Source: Macrostomum lignano (lineage: Eukaryota). From it: a stretch of 64,000 nucleotides of DNA. Under the pieces are notes generated by a model. It made no database searches. It had not been told where the DNA came from and saw only the letters and a program-made list of their open reading frames with translations. A program made the translations under genes and the position numbers. Of the stretch, positions 45,853 through 57,621 are shown piece after piece; position 1 is the stretch's first letter, and the number at the start of each line of letters is the position of its first letter. Location: contig NIVC01003591.1 of the NCBI GenBank assembly GCA_002269645.1, positions 60,820 through 124,819 on the forward strand, read 5' to 3'.

Positions 45853-47709
45853 ATGAAAATTTTCATCATTGCTGCTCTCTGCGCCGCTGCCGCAGTGGCT
45901 GAGGCTGATTGTAAGTTGACCTGATCCGTATTTGGTGTTTTGATCCGGTTTTTTGTCTAGCATATTGGCCCAACAGCTCAGCGGTAAACGCGTCTGACTC
46001 TCGTGCCAAAACGACCCACTGGTTCGACTCCGCGAGCGGCCAAATTCATTTGGGGCTTTTGCAGGAAAATCGGGTTTTAGTACAGTTTACAGCCATGAAG
46101 GCCAACCCCCGAGGCACAGAGAGTGCACGCACGCATGGGGACCAAGTCCCAAGGCACAGAGAGTGCACGCACGCATGGGGACCAAGGCGCAGAGAGTGCA
46201 CGCACGCATGGGGACCAAGTTCAAAGGCGCAGAGAGTGCACGCACGCATGGGGACCAAGTCCCAAGGCGCAGAGAGTGCACGCACGCATGGGGACCAAGT
46301 CCCAAGGCGCAGAGAGTGCACGCACGCATGGGGACCAAGGCGCAGAGAGTGCACGCACGCATGGGGACCAAGTTCCAAGGCGCAGAGAGTGCACGCACGC
46401 ATGGGGACCAAGTTCCAAGGCACAGAGAGTGCACGCACGCATGGGGACCAAGTTCAAAGGCGCAGAGAGTGCACGCACGCATGGGGACCAAGTCCCAAGG
46501 CGCAGAGAGTGTACGCACGCATGGGGACCAAGTCCCAAGGCGCAGAGAGTTCACGCACGCATGGGGACCAAGTCCCAAGGCACAGAGAGTGCACGCACGC
46601 ATGGGGACCAAGGCGCAGAGAGTGCACGCACGCATGGGGACCAAGGCGCAGAGAGTGCACGCACGCATGGGGACCAAGGCGCAGAGAGTGCACGCACGCA
46701 TGGGGACCAAGTTCCAAGGCACAGAGAGTGCACGCACGCATGGGGACCAAGTCCCGAGGCGCAGAGAGTGCACGCACGCATGGGGACCAAGTTCCAGGGC
46801 GCAGAGAGTGCACGCACGCATGGGGACCAAGTTCCAGGGCGCAGAGAGTGCACGCACGCATGGGGACCAAGTCCCAAGGCGCAGAGAGTGCACGCACGCA
46901 TGGGGACCAAGTTCCAGGGCGCAGAGAGTGTACATGCCTGACTATTAGAAAGTCAGGGCCGCTGTATACACTGCGTGAGCATGTGCATGAGTTCGTGCCT
47001 GTGTACAGCATTGGCGCAGGAGTCATATGCTCAGTAGTCAGCGGAATGGGCAGAATTAAGAGGCCTAGACTGAGACCCGGGACGGGGACCCCTGACTGAA
47101 GACACCCACACTGGCTCCGACCCCTGCTTCCTGACCGGCCGCAAGAGTTCGCCGACGCAGCTACTCTCTGAGCAGCGAAAGTTCATTGCCCAGTGGCTGA
47201 CTCAGGAGAGAAAGTTTACTGACCAATCAGAGACCCGCTACTAGTAGACGGGGGAACGCAGCGCAAGGGCCGAGGCAGAGGGAACAGCCACCCCCAAACC
47301 CCCAAAAAAGGGTGGAGTCATAAGCCCCCAAATCCGGGCCCAGGTGGTGCTGGCAGGCTAGGAAAAACTGGAGGAGGGGCCAACCCCGCCAGGCAAACAC
47401 AGGGCGGTCGGCTGGGGATGCACAAAGCAAAACAATTATAGTATTCTAGCATTCCGATGAGTCCGGGGGCAAATCACTGAGCAATTTTCCTGCAGCAAAG
47501 TGGCCCACATTGCAGACGGAATGGACCCGATGGTCCGGGACGCCATCGACTGGGTTGAGCGCTTCGTGCCGGAGGTGAAGGAGGTGCGGACCAACGGCAA
47601 CTACATGGAGATTCTGGCTAAGGTGATTGACGCCATGCAGCGCTTCCCGGGCCTGCGGGACCAAATGCAGAGGGACAACCCGCTGCTGTTCAAGATCCTG
47701 CTGGGCTGA
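45853..47709 (+). CDS. Putative small secreted helical protein, incomplete exon model
   Basis: Exon 45853-45910 encodes MKIFIIAALCAAAAVAEAD with a strong GTAAGT donor. Last exon 47496-47709 has a ttcctgcag acceptor, GC3-rich codons (KVAHIADGMDPMVRDAIDW...LFKILLG*) and AATAAA near 47997. The phases (1 and 2) require an unresolved middle exon, possibly within about 47100-47200. Confidence 0.5.
45967..47058 (+). mobile_element. tRNA-headed SINE split by an internal minisatellite
   Basis: AGCTCAGCGGTAAACGCG (A-box-like), GGTTCGACTCC (B-box), TTCATTTGGGGCT; the body resumes at about 46925 with TGTACATGCCTGACTATTAGAAAGTCAGGG. Confidence 0.75.
46105..46930. repeat. Minisatellite with 39-nt and 30-nt unit variants inside the SINE
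   Basis: CCAAG(TCCCAAG)GCGCAGAGAGTGCACGCACGCATGGGGA repeated. Confidence 0.95.
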
Positions 47710-48602
47710 GCTCTGGGGCCGGCACTTCCTTTTTGACCTTGTCGAAGTGCTTTAAGCTGGTACTTTGATGCGCTTAGGAACTGTTGATGTGGTGGTGAGG
47801 CTCGCTAAATACATTGGAGTTTCAATACACTGTCTGTAAAGAACTTCAGAGACGTGTTAATGAATTCGTATTGCGTTGGAAAAACACATGCTAGGCAGGC
47901 TGCCCCATTCATTCGTGTATTTTAACTGTAGAGGCGCTATTGACCACTACATTGTGTATTAGCAATAGCGAATGCTACTGAAAGTAACAAGTTGTAAATA
48001 AACATGCAGAATCATTGAAAATTGCAAGAAACTTTCGATGCAACAGACTGTGTTAGGAGAAAATTCCAAGGATCGGAATGTCCCATCATTTTACCCCTAG
48101 CAGCCCTAGAGCCCTACTTAGCGAAGTCTAACTCTTTTCTCCAATTCGAATCAAACAGACTAACGCAGCCTTGTCTGATTATTGCCGAGTGTGCGGCCTC
48201 CCTTTTGTATCTGGCGTGGGTGAACGACTGGCTGCGTGTAACGACTTTATTAGAATTTTGGTGGCCTTGATTGTCCTGATTGTCTGCTTGGTTGGCGCGA
48301 AAGTCGCTGGACTGACCGCTCTTGACTGGTGCCGGCGGCTGTCGTTTTGTCCCCATGGAACCCGCAAGTTCATCTAAAAATGTTATTGATTATTTATGAA
48401 CGATGATTCGAGAAATCCGCTTTCACTCTTTCAGTTGAGTAAGAGCAATACTACTCACGCGTTGCCACGATGTCAGTAGCTAGACTGGCTCCAGAAGGTC
48501 GGCGAAGAGTATTTTCTATCAGTTTATGCTTCAGGTTGGGCTGAAGTTAATCGAAATACGTAGATCAAACCAATACAGCAAGTAATTCAATGTAATCGAT
48601 AT

Positions 48603-51600
48603 TTATGAGCTATGAAAATTGTTTTTAAAACCAATTAATGCTAAACAAAAAGCGCCTACCTGAGCATCCAATAAAGTCGAGACCAGCCTACTCAGATGAG
48701 CAGCCGTGATTCTCTTCCTACGCCTGTCGAAAACTCCCATTAGCTGTTCATTGCTGATGCTGTGCTGCAGGCAGTAATGCAGCAACAGCCCCAGATCCTG
48801 GGGATCGCCGTAGTCCCAAGAAAATGTGTTGAAGAGTTCAGCTGCTTTTTCATTGCCATTCGGTTGTTTTCGAATGAACTCGAGGCGGAGCGCCTTGGAC
48901 AGCGCGTCGAAATTGATGTAGCTCGCCTGGTCGCGACTTCCCCGACTCAGTGGAAAAATCTCTCTCAGATAGGCTGGAAGAAACTTGAACTCGACTTTCT
49001 TGTGAAATCGGAAATAGAATTTCCAAGCTGAGTCGTTGGTCTGAAGATAACGGAGGACGTCCTCCACCGAGCTCGGGATGGACTTGCTGACGGTGCTGAC
49101 CGGGGCGACGAGTGAATAGCCGCTTTTGCCAGTCCTCATGAGCGCCATCGCTCTGAGGCACTCTCGAGCAGTTCTGGCCCAATCAGGTATGCTGTTGATT
49201 TCCTCTTTGATGGTCTTTTCAAAGTTGTCATCAGCCAGCGACAAGAGGACATACTTGATAACATCGTAGGTATCGTGGTACTGCAGCTCAGCTGTAGGAA
49301 ATGACCGCTCTTCCAGCACGGGCAGTAGAAGAAACGGGTGAAACTGGAACTCCATAGAAGGATTTTTGCAGAGTCCTTGTCGAAATTCTTCCAGTGCAGT
49401 AGAAAGATTGCAAATAACTTCTTCAATGGCTCTTCGGATTTCCGACTTGGGGTGGTGATTGCGGTGCAGATAAACAAATGCATCTCGCAGGAAAAAGTGT
49501 TGCATGCACTGATGCGGTGAACAGAAGTCAGTTCTTGTGTTGTGAAAACCTCTTTTAAGCAGAAGCTCCAACGATCGTCTCACCAGCTCATGAAGACTCT
49601 CTTTAGTCCAGTGTTCTCTTGGCGTCCCGTCGAGCATAAAGAAGAAAGTGTTCTTGGCGTGGTACGTTTTCAGTCCATTCACTTTAGCGGAAATTACTTT
49701 TTTGATAATGTATTTCAGCAGCACGAAAACCTGGCCCTGCTCGTCGGTTAGGCTCTGCATGAGCCGCCTCTCAAGCAGGTTGGTGCTGACTCGCATTCGT
49801 TTGCCACTCAGCCCTGGCGGCGCTGCGGCAACCAAATGGCATGGCGAGTTTTTCAGCTCGTCCGCGAGCGATTTCAGAATGTTGGACGGAATGCACGACT
49901 GATAGCCAGACTGCAGCACAGCGATCGTGGGATACTCACTGAGTGGATACGCAGTCACAAAGTCCATATTCGGTCGAAGCATTGATCCATTTTGAGTGAC
50001 ACTTGGCTCAGAAACTGGAACGGAAGTAACAGGGTGCATGATGATAATGATCGATTGTTTGTAAATTAGACCGGTTACTCCTACCTGAGATATCAATCTC
50101 GATGTGCCCGTCGCTATAGCTATGTTCGGAGCAGACTTTCACTACAGGGCCTTGCTGTAGCGCTGTCATATCGATGTCTGAATCCGGGTCCAGCTTTCCA
50201 TCGTTTTGCGTAAAGCACATGCCCCATCCATCAGAGAAGCTACCAACGATGGAGAACTGATCAGAAGGCAGCCTTTGCTTTTGGATGAATTCTAGGGTGG
50301 CCGCAATCCTGCTTTGCATTGCGGCGTTCGCTGCTGTGAAACCGGCAAGCCTCATTTCGGAGCTCAAAGATTCGCAAGAATCCATCAGGCTCGTGTCTGA
50401 GCTGTCAGATGCAGAGATACTGCTCGGCAAGGCACTCATGGCAAGAGCTGTCAACCAAGGCTCTATGGTTGCCTGCGACTGGATCAACAACTTCGCAACC
50501 TTAGTGTGGCCGTTCTCCAGTGCAACAAGCAACGGAGATTCTTTCCGGCGGTTTCGCTGGTTCAAGTTTGCTCCGGCCTGAACCAGACTTGCGACGACAG
50601 CGATATGACCATTCCTAGCGGCAATCATGAGAGGTGATCCTTTTTTTGTCTGGACATCAACATCCGCCTGAGCCCCAATCAGTTTCTCAATCACCCGAAT
50701 GTGACCTCCCTTTGCTGCTGCGAACATTGGCGACGATAGCGGCTTCGGCCAAAGAGAGTTGCCGCAGGCCCCGGCACGAATCAGACTGACGGTGGCGTCT
50801 ACGCGGCCCTTACTGGTCGCTAAGCAAAGCGGGGAGTCGCCCGCTCTGGTCAGGCTGTCGATATTGGCTCCGGCTGCGACAAGCAGATCGACAAGGTTGG
50901 CTTGAGAGTTCTGTGCCGCTGCATGCAGGGGACTGAAGCCCTTGCAATCGGCCAGGTTAATGTTGGCGTTGGATGCTAGCAGCTTGCGTACAACGTCGAG
51001 TTTGCCATTCTTGGCAGCCACTAAAAGCGCCGTTGCTCCCAATTTAGTCTGGTGGTCAATTTTAACTCCTGCCTGCAAGAGCTCAGTAATCACGGCTGTG
51101 TGCCCGTGACGGGCCGCTATGATGAGCGGCGTGCAGCCGTCCTTGTCCCCGAGATCTATGTTGGCTCCATGTTTAATGAGCGCTTGCGCAGACTCGACAC
51201 GTCCTGACTGGGCTGTTGCATGCAAGGCTGCACGACCTTTGTTAGTCTGGAAGTTCAGGTCCGTTCCCGACTCAGCTAATAAGGAAATCACTTCCGCGTG
51301 TCCGTGCTGAGCAGCGATGTACAAAGGCGTTGCGTTTGAGCAGCGGAGCTGAAGATCAACATTCGCTCCGGATCTTATTAGAAATCGAACAAACTCCAGG
51401 AGACCTCTCTTAGCGGCGAGGTGAAGCGGTAATGCGTACAGCTCGTTCCGCTTTTGCGCTTCCAAAAGCACTCCACCAAGGCAGTCGGTCAGTTCCATTC
51501 TGCCACACAAAGCCGCAATTTGAATCGCTGCAAATCCGTTGTCCTTTGCTGTTGTGAAATCCGCGCCCATCGATAAGAGCAGATTCAGTATCTCTCGGTG

Positions 51601-52035
51601 GCCCCTGAGCATGGCCAGTTCAGTCAGGGTGAGTCGCATTTGACTTAAAATGCGCTTCTCCTGCTCACTCGGTGTCTTCGCTAGTCTTGAAGCCGCGGCC
51701 AGCACCCAGAGAGCTGGAGAGCCGGTGCTGCAAAAATGAACATCGGCGCCAGCGCGAATCAGCACCTCGACGGCGTCCAACTGGTCGCAGAAGACGGCAA
51801 CAAACAGCGGCGAGCCGACCTTCTTGTCAGAAGGACAGTCGAGCCCGACGCCGTGCTTAAGCAGCAGCCGCACAGCAGGAGCGCAGAATGCCGCTGCCAC
51901 ATGCAGCGGTCGGCTTCCATCGGGATCTTCAGCATCAGCAGAATGGGGCTGGACAGTAAGCAGCCTCTCTGCTGCTTTCAGGTCACCGTCTCGTAATGCC
52001 AATTTGAGCTCTGCCCTGTTCGATTCGCAGTACAT
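48603..52035 (-). CDS. Ankyrin-repeat + Mab-21/cGAS-like nucleotidyltransferase (cGLR-type), about 1120 aa after removing a 70-nt intron (50084-50015)
   Basis: About 15 ankyrin repeats, then IVGSFSDGW...DSDIDM. TCAG|gtagga...ttccgttccag|TT joins the two ORFs in frame (EIDIS-VSEPSV). Then NMDFVTAYP, CHLVAAAPP, RMRVSTNLLERRLM, LLKYIIK, LKTYHAKNTFF, PREHW, MQHFF. First ATG at 52035 (52044 is GTG). A possible further intron 48659-48374 would add exon 48373-48179 (about 1166 aa). Confidence 0.88.
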
Positions 52036-52291
52036 TTCTGTCACTGCCGAAAGGCAGCTACTGCATAATTTACAGGTTTATTTATAAAATGCTTCCATGT
52101 AGCTGTACTTCATTGCTTCTCGAAAATCACTAGTTGAAGATTTTCCTTGCTTATCTGATTCGATAAAAAAAGACCCCTTGACGGCTGGTTGCAGAATTAA
52201 CCGCAGGCTTCCAACCTCTGCTCAAGCGGAGGACGCACACTCGTGCGATAGTGTCAGTTTGGCGGCGCGAGCTAGTGGCTGCTGCTGCGTG

Positions 52292-52810
52292 TAGGGGCGT
52301 AGCCAGAGGGGGGGGGCAAGGGGGGCCGTGGCCCCCCCCAATCAACCAACTCTGGCCTTGGCGCCCCCCCCCCTAAAAGAAACTGGCGCCCCCCCCCTAA
52401 AAGAAACTGGCGCCCCCCCTAAAAGAAACTGGCGCCCCCCCCCTAAAAGAAACTGGCGCCCCCCCCTCCCTATAAAAAACTGGCGCCCCCCCCTAAAAGA
52501 AACTGGTGCCCCCGGCCCCTCCTAAAAGAAACTGGCGTCCCCCCCTAAAAGAAACTGGCGCCCCCCCCCTAAAAGAAACTGGCGCCCCCCCTATAAGAAA
52601 CTGGCGCCCCCCCCTAAAAGAAACTGGCGCCCCCCCCTAAAAGAAACTGGCGCCCCCCCCTAAAAGAAACTGGCGCCCCCCCTAAAAGAAACTGGCGCCC
52701 CCCCTATAAGAAACTGGCGCCCCCCCCTAAAAGAAACTGGCGCCCCCCTATAAGAAGCTGGCGCCCCCTAACTCACGGCCCCCCAATCAAAATTCCTGGC
52801 TACGCCCCTG
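52292..52810. mobile_element. hAT-like MITE (519 bp) with an internal tandem array of about 23-nt units
   Basis: TIRs (T)AGGGGCGTAGCCAG / CTGGCTACGCCCCTG; 8-bp target duplication GCTGCGTG / CCTGCGTG (7 of 8 match); about 17 copies of AAAAGAAACTGGCGCCCCCCCT inside. Confidence 0.8.
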
Positions 52811-55159
52811 CCTGCGTGTACCTGGCAGAGGAAATACGCTCGTAAGCACTGCACCTATGTAGTGTGCACGTATTTCCCGTATTCAATACAAAAGGCAGTG
52901 TGTATTCAAGTCTTCTGCAGCTGATAGTGGTTGAAACTTTTTTCACACAAACAGACAAAAAACTCGATAGAGGGCTCAACGTAACGGATCTTCCGCACAA
53001 TTTATACACTAAAACGACAGTAGATAAGGCAATTGGTCACCCTTAAATCAAATGATCTGTCAAAATCTAACGAAACTAGGCACTATGCATACACTTACAG
53101 GCTGGCTCTGCTTCAAATCAAACGAGATCAAAGTCCCAGCGACTACACGGGGTGCACAAAACTGCCGTTTTTATCCTGTCTGAAGTTGAGACCTTCGACA
53201 GAACGATGAACTGGAACCCAAGAAGTGACAAGTCAACGCGATTCCCAAGTGGGTTATCCAGCTGAGAAGCTTCTTTGACCTCACCAAGCATCGCGACTGC
53301 TCCTGCCGAGCCACAAATAGCCACAAAATCAATATTCTAAAGCAGGCTATATAGCTCGTAGCTTGTAAAGATCTCACCGACAAGTGTCTTTAATACTCAG
53401 CAGTAATAGTACTCTGCAGTCTTACATTTGATTTGGACAAAATTTTTGCTGCGAGCCAGTCTGCACAAGTCGGTGTGGCTGTGGGTAAGCTTAATGCTAG
53501 GACTAGATAGTCTCTCTACCTTACAAAAGGAACTGTAATATAGAGAAGGCACTCCAAGTAAGAAGCTTGTTACGATTCAACAATGAGGAAAAAAATCTGG
53601 TGACTCCAAGAAGTTCCGTTGTAAACTTCCTGTCGACCTGTCGTCGTTGGAGATTGTCTACTCAGGTCTGAGATTACGTATTTAATGCAAGTACAAGAGT
53701 GAGCAAGGGCGAGCGAGCAAAGGGAGGAAAGCGAAGAAAGGCGCAGCTTCTTGCTTGTGTTGTGAGCCCCCGTCCTCCGGAGCAACGCCTACAGCTTTAA
53801 CCTGTCGGGAAGCTGCGACCCCCACGTCCCCAGTCAGAGCTCCCGTCCCGCGCCCTAGGGAGAAGCAGAAAAAGGACAGTAACTCGCGAACACGAACTTA
53901 CACACCGTAGCCGATGCAGTTCGCCGTGCACTTTTTATGGTAGATCGACGAGTCGTTTAGTCAATAGCCAACGGAGGCGGACCAACGCGCGCAAGGGAGG
54001 AGTCTGCCCTCCAGACAGCGACTATATTTTTCATTGGTCCTACGCGTACATGAATATAACTTAAGAACAAATGTACGGTACAGCAGGGGAGGTGGGGCGG
54101 GGTGGCGTGATCGGCGTACGCGTTGATTATTGATTGGAGGGTGGGGCAGACTGGAGGGTTGGGGCGGGGCAGGAGGGCGAGAAAGGGCACGATTGCACAA
54201 CACTTGGTTTGATAAGGGTTTGTATGTCATTTTCTCAGTCTTTCGCATTAAAGGATGCTGTCATAGTAAATTACAGCCAATACTCTACAGCTTTTGCTAG
54301 TTTGAGCATATCCATCAGTTATTAATACATTCAAAGCTGAATAGAAACTTTAGGGCCGAAAGTACATCACTTCATTACAGTCCAACTGAATGCTTGCGCC
54401 TGACAGAAGTAGCCGAATGCCTAGGCGATTAATAATTGGATTGTTTTCGGTCTCCCTGGCAGTCATTTATCGAAGCTCAAGGTCAAATATGTATCCCGAA
54501 CAGCTGAATTCGTTGATTGAGAGTTCAAACACACAAGTAATGAAATAATTTAAAAAGCTGTCTCTTTCAGTATATGCGAGCGATTCACACATTCGCACTG
54601 CTTTAACTCTTCATTAACTAAGTCTCTACGAGGCTGAATTCCTACTCAATTGTTAACGCCAGCTGAAGAAGTTAAAAAACACAAAGAACTGGTTCTTGGC
54701 TATCGCGAGTTGCGAGAGACATATAGAAGATCATAGCTGACATTGTCTTTATTCTAGCCAACCACTCTTCGTCCTGGCCTAATAAAACACCTTACGCTGT
54801 GAAAGAGCAGAATTAATTTGGATTAAATTTAGCTGAAAGAGAGTTGGCCAACTCTGACTTTAATCCTGAAAACTTTATGATTTTGCAGAGCGATTGTTAA
54901 CTTGTACCTAAAACAAATAGACTAAATTTTATCTGCTGAATCAAGACACGATGGCTACTTGAAAAAATGGAACTAAGAATTGAACAGCAGTAACATTAAC
55001 TGTAGCATCTTCTACAGATCAAATATTAGGACATCTATTGAAATAAATAAAACCGAAACCGAAATGGGGATTCAAAAAAAAGCCCGAGTAAAAACAGACG
55101 CAATTGGCAAATATTGTGGGATTTCTGGAATTCACGAATTGCTGCAAGCTTAGATGCTC

Positions 55160-56105
55160 TTGGCGTTGCCTCCGATCCTGATCCGTCTAGACATGCTCTT
55201 AGCGTTGCCTCCGATCCTGATCCTCTCGACATGCTCTTGGCGTTGCCTCCGATCCTGATCCTTCTCGACATGCTCATGACGTTGCCTTCGATCCTGATCC
55301 TTCTAGACATGCTCTTGGCGTTGCCTCCGATCCTGATCCTTCTCGACATGCTCTTGGCGTTGCCTCCGATCCTGATCCTTCTCGACATGCTCTTGGCGTT
55401 GCCTCCGATCCTGATCCTTCTCGACAAGCTCTTGGCGTTGCCTCCGATCCTGATCCGTCTCGACATGCTCTTGGCGTTGCCTCCGATCCTGATCCTTCTC
55501 GACATGCTCTTGGCGTTGCCTCCGATCCTGATCCTTCTCGACATGCTCTTGGCGTTGCCTCCGATCCTGATCCTTCTCGACAAGCTCTTGGCGTTGCCTC
55601 CGATCCTGATCCTTCTCGACATGCTCTTGGCGTTGCCTCCGATCCTGATCCGTCTCGACAAGCTCTTGGCGTTGCCTCCGATCCTGATCCGTCTCGACAT
55701 GCTCTTGGCGTTGCCTCCGATCCTGATCCTTCTCGACATGCTCTTGGCGTTGCCTTCGATCCTGATCCGTCTCGACATGCTCTTGGCATTGCCTCCGATC
55801 CTGATCATTCTAGAATGCTCTTGGCGTTGCCTCCGATCCTGATCCGTCTCGACAAGCTCTTGGCGTTGCCTCCGATCCTGATCCGTCTCGACATGCTCTT
55901 GGCGTTGCCTCCGATCCTGATCCTTCTCGACATGCTCTTGGCGTTGCCTCCGATCCTGATCCGTCTCGACAAGCTCTTGGCGTTGCCTGCGATCCTGATC
56001 CTTCTAGACATGCTCTTGGCGTTGCCTCCGATCCTGATCCTTCTAGACATGCTCTTGGCGTTGCCTCCGATCCTGATCCTTCTCGACATGCTCTTGGCGT
56101 TGCCT
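55160..56105. repeat. Minisatellite, 39-nt unit (about 24 copies)
   Basis: CTTGGCGTTGCCTCCGATCCTGATCCTTCTCGACATGCT repeated. Confidence 0.95.
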
Positions 56106-57621
56106 CCGTACCGGATCCATCTAGATGGTGGGTACCTGATTATTATTCTATTCGCACTGCTGACTTCTCGCAGTCGACTGAAGCACAAATGATGCAGCAG
56201 GCGATGGCGGCCAGCAAAGAGCTTAGCATTGCGGGCTGTCTGAGTACCATTGCAGAGTTGGAGAATGCGGTTGGAGATTTTCTGAGAGTGTAGAGTGGCG
56301 ATTCGTTGCGGAGAGCTAGCTGCTTTTTATAGTATTTAAATGCCAAGGAGAAATATTTTATCACCTGCTGTTTATTGGCGTCACAATATTTGACGCAGTA
56401 ACAATTAGCGTGGTAATGAAATATTTTTGACAAAAGTTAAACATAAACTTTGCTGTTCTTAGCTAAAAATGGTCAATGCCATCGAGTGCAAACAGTTTTC
56501 GTCATTCAACTCTATTGCGTAATTTTCAATGCTAGCTGGTGCAAAATAAGCTAGTTTTTAGCGAGGCTTTGACAGAAATGAAATTTTGAAGATAATAGAG
56601 AGAGTATTTGTTTACTAGACGGAGCCCTTCGATCAGAGATGAATCCAGTTTGGCGCCATCGGCATTCCGTTTGGAGTGACTTAACGAAAGTCTGCGCTTA
56701 TAATCAAAAAAAATTTACGTCTTCCCGATCAATTTGGGGAAGACTGAAGCATGACGGCATGAACAGATATCCAGGGGCTTCTAGCTGGGCACACGCACAC
56801 CGTTGGAGATCGAGTCACACTGACCAGGTAATTCGTGTTTGAAGAATTCCAATAAGTGCAGTCTCGAATTAAACGCAGTTCTTTGTTCGGGGAAGAAGGC
56901 TGGAAGCAGACATTGGGATGTGGCTTGGACCCTTGGGAACAAACTAAGGTTGAAATGCCTCATCATTGAATATTGGAAATGAGACAGGCTTCTTCAGACT
57001 TCCAGATGGATGTTACGAGCTAAAATGGATTGCCGCTCTTCAACAAAACAATTTTCGAATTCCTTTTCGAAAAAATCGGACAAAATCATTCCGTGACAAA
57101 CCGCTATTCCTGGGTCGTAACTTTAAAAAGCCTGCATTTTTTCCCATTACAACTGTTTTTTTTTGTTTAAATTGGCAAGATTGTAAATCAATTTCCAATG
57201 AAACACAGCAGGTGAGAAATATAAAATCCGTTAGCTGTGGTATTTTATGCGGTAGTTGACTGGCACCGCGTGTTTATTAATGTTTCCATTATTAATAAGA
57301 TTATTAATTAAAAGCTGATAAGCCAGCTTAAAATTGCTTGAAATTGCTTTAAATAAATAAAACTGATTGCAGAGTATTGAAAACCGACTAAAAAGTTTAG
57401 TGGGAGCTGCGTCAGCTGATCATTATAATAAATTACATGTATAGGGCTAAATGTTCACTAATCAGAAGTTATTCAGCAGATTAAATGGCATAAGTACTGA
57501 ACAGACGGTGCCCACATGCAGGCAGCTGATCAGCTACCGGGCCCGGATTAGCGCTGCTGGGTTCGCATAGGAAGCGAGCAGTCTTGTTCTTGTTATTACT
57601 ATTAGTAGGATTCGTTAGCGA

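Noticed and set aside
46046-47099. Multiple overlapping ORFs on both strands
   Set aside because: They are translations of the 30/39-nt minisatellite inside a SINE.
50008-50096. Programmed frameshift or sequencing error between the ankyrin and Mab-21 ORFs
   Set aside because: A canonical 70-nt GT-AG intron with a pyrimidine tract joins the frames exactly.
55035-56192. Repetitive ORFs (LLALPPILILLDM and MSRRIRIGGNAKS repeats)
   Set aside because: They are translations of a 39-nt minisatellite, open on both strands.
52850-57500. Host gene or transposase between the cGLR and gelsolin genes
   Set aside because: Only short ORFs without codon bias, motifs or consistent splice sites were found.
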